Shown piece by piece: positions 62,725-64,000 of a DNA stretch of 64,000 nt. Within the stretch, counting starts at the first letter, position 1, and each line of letters starts with the position of its first letter. The notes beneath the pieces are model-generated. The model had not been told where the DNA came from and ran no database searches. It saw only the letters and a program-made list of their open reading frames with translations. The position numbers were made by a program, and so were the translations under genes. Origin of the DNA: Nitrospirota bacterium (GTDB lineage Bacteria > Nitrospirota > Thermodesulfovibrionia > Thermodesulfovibrionales > SM23-35); the NCBI GenBank assembly GCA_040757475.1, contig JBFLWW010000002.1, forward strand, positions 23,818 to 87,817. Reading direction: 5' to 3'.

Positions 62725-63021
62725 ATGTTTAAGCTCATAAAAAGAGTTATATGTCTTCTGCTAATTATTGGAGTTCTCTTCATTACCCTTTCATTATGGC
62801 AGGGCGGAAAGCCTTTCAGGTGGGTCGGCAAAAAATCAGAAAAGGCAGGAGAAGTTATTAAAGAGAAAAGTGAAGCAATAAGCAAAGAGGCAGACAGAAT
62901 AAAAGAAAAGACAGAACAGATTAAGGATGCAACAAAAAAGGTGACTAAAGGCATTGAGAAAACAGGTGAAAAGATAAAAGGTATCAGAGGGAAAAAGGAT
63001 GAAAATGAAGCAAAGAAGTGA
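62725..63021 (+). CDS. Small membrane-anchored Lys/Glu-rich protein
   Basis: 98 aa. An N-terminal TM (VICLLLIIGVLFITLSL) is followed by about 65 residues of K/E-rich low-complexity helix. It is coupled to lolC and lolD. Confidence 0.5.
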   Translation: MFKLIKRVICLLLIIGVLFITLSLWQGGKPFRWVGKKSEKAGEVIKEKSEAISKEADRIKEKTEQIKDATKKVTKGIEKTGEKIKGIRGKKDENEAKK

Positions 63022-63734
63022 AAGGGGCAAAGGTGATTGAGATAAAGGATTTAAAAAAATCCTTTATTACAGATGCTGGTGAGCTTCAGGTACTGAAGGG
63101 CATTGATCTTTCAATAAAGGAAGGAGAAATAGTTGGGATAGTCGGTGCATCAGGTGTAGGGAAAAGTACGCTTCTGCATATCTTAGGTGCACTGGATAGG
63201 CCGACCTTCGGCAAGGTCTTCTATAATAGCACTGATATTTTCTCCCTTGATGAAGATTCACTCGCCTCCTTCAGAAACAATACTATCGGCTTTGTCTTTC
63301 AATTCCATCATCTACTCCCTGAATTTACAGCCATTGAGAATGTTATGATGCCAGGACTTATCAATGTAAGTTCAAAAGTTCAAAAGTTCAAAAGTTCAAA
63401 GTATAAAGAAATCCTTGAAAGGGCAGGAAGACTTCTCGATGAGCTGGGTTTATCCGAAAGAAAAAGACACAGGCCAGGAGAACTATCCGGAGGTGAACAG
63501 CAGAGGGTTGCGGTTGCAAGGGCACTTGTCCTTGAACCAAAGGTTGTCCTTGCAGACGAGCCCACAGGTAATCTTGACACAGCAACAGGTGAGGAATTAT
63601 TTAACCTCCTTATCAACCTTAATAAAGAAAAAAGGATTACATTCGTCATTGTCACACATAATGAGACCCTTTCAAATCACTGCCACAGGGTTCTCAAAAT
63701 GGTGGATGGGAGAATAGTTGCAGGTTTGGGGTAA
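63018..63734 (+). CDS. lolD: Lipoprotein-releasing ABC transporter ATP-binding protein LolD with an in-frame repeat insertion
   Basis: Walker A GASGVGKST, signature LSGGEQQRVAVARAL, Walker B VLADEPTGNLD. Confidence 0.9.
   Translation: MKGAKVIEIKDLKKSFITDAGELQVLKGIDLSIKEGEIVGIVGASGVGKSTLLHILGALDRPTFGKVFYNSTDIFSLDEDSLASFRNNTIGFVFQFHHLLPEFTAIENVMMPGLINVSSKVQKFKSSKYKEILERAGRLLDELGLSERKRHRPGELSGGEQQRVAVARALVLEPKVVLADEPTGNLDTATGEELFNLLINLNKEKRITFVIVTHNETLSNHCHRVLKMVDGRIVAGLG
63371..63401 (+). repeat. TTCAAAAG octamer array (3x 8 nt plus one 7-nt unit) inside lolD
   Basis: ttcaaaag ttcaaaag ttcaaaag ttcaaag, which translates SSKVQKFKSSK. Confidence 0.9.
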
Positions 63735-63776
63735 ATTTGACTAAATTGGCCGGGTGTTTTATAGTCTACAAATAAT

Positions 63777-64000
63777 ATGGTACAGGGTATGACAGGCTTT
63801 GGCAGTGCAGAAAAGAATGGCTTCAGGGTTGAAATCCGTTCTCTGAACCACAGGTTTATTGACATAGCGATAAAGATACCCCCTTATCTGAACTACCATG
63901 ACATACCTTTAAGAAACATCCTTAAAGAGAGATTTCATAGAGGTAGGTTTGATGTCTCTGTCTTGATAACCGGTCATGAGCCAACACAGCTAAGTATAAA
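63777..64000 (+). CDS. yicC: YicC-family protein (5' part, runs off the window)
   Basis: Starts MVQGMTGFGSAEKNGFRVEIRSLNHRFIDIAIKIP, a typical YicC N-terminus. Confidence 0.75.
   Translation, partial: MVQGMTGFGSAEKNGFRVEIRSLNHRFIDIAIKIPPYLNYHDIPLRNILKERFHRGRFDVSVLITGHEPTQLSI

Overview
This 64-kb chromosomal segment comes from a moderately AT-rich diderm bacterium. Hand counts on a few 60-nt lines give about 42-43% G+C in core genes. The taxon cannot be fixed from this window. The gene content looks like a deep-branching Gram-negative, possibly Nitrospirota-like, but that is a guess.

Layout:
- 1-7.7 kb: a secreted DUF1460-like protein, a tiny bS22-like basic peptide, a 1398-aa acyl-CoA-dehydratase-activase-type fusion protein, then a small accessory islet with a truncated activase remnant, a VapBC-type toxin-antitoxin pair, an XRE regulator and an orphan ORF.
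- 7.7-21.5 kb: a complete type II secretion cluster, gspC-[3 inserted genes]-gspDEFGHIJKLMN.
- 21.6-41.4 kb: a complete dcw cluster, mraZ-rsmH-ftsL-ftsI-murE-[alpha/beta hydrolase]-murF-ddl-mraY-dacA-murD-ftsW-murG-murC-murB-ftsQ-ftsA-ftsZ.
- 41.5-41.9 kb, minus strand: a tRNA-Ile/tRNA-Ala/5S rRNA unit with its own promoter and no 16S or 23S.
- 42-64 kb: lipoate ligase, a LolA-like protein, two histidine kinases plus an HD-GYP response regulator, tsaD, thiD, radA, a LolB-like lipoprotein, an ExeA-like ATPase plus TPR protein, rpiB, glyA, nrdR, tRNA-Gln, tRNA-Glu, a nuclease, marC, a radical SAM gene, lysS, lolC, a small gene, lolD, and the start of yicC.

The most unusual signal is not a gene. 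At least 25 short tandem arrays are built on a strict 7-nt lattice. Units include TCACTTC/TCACTTG, TTCAAAG/TTCAAAA, GTTACGA, GTCATTA and TGACCAA.
- Many arrays pair into imperfect inverted arrays.
- Most sit inside essential genes and read through in frame (murE, murD, murC, murG, murB, ftsW, dacA, tsaD, lolD).
- Some supply whole signal peptides (gspD, dacA, the LolA-like protein, a lipoprotein).
- Some supply the stop/start overlaps and long N-terminal leaders at gspH/I, gspI/J and gspM/N.
- Point substitutions fall exactly where the consensus unit would create an in-frame stop.

I regard this repeat system as the main candidate for something new in the window.
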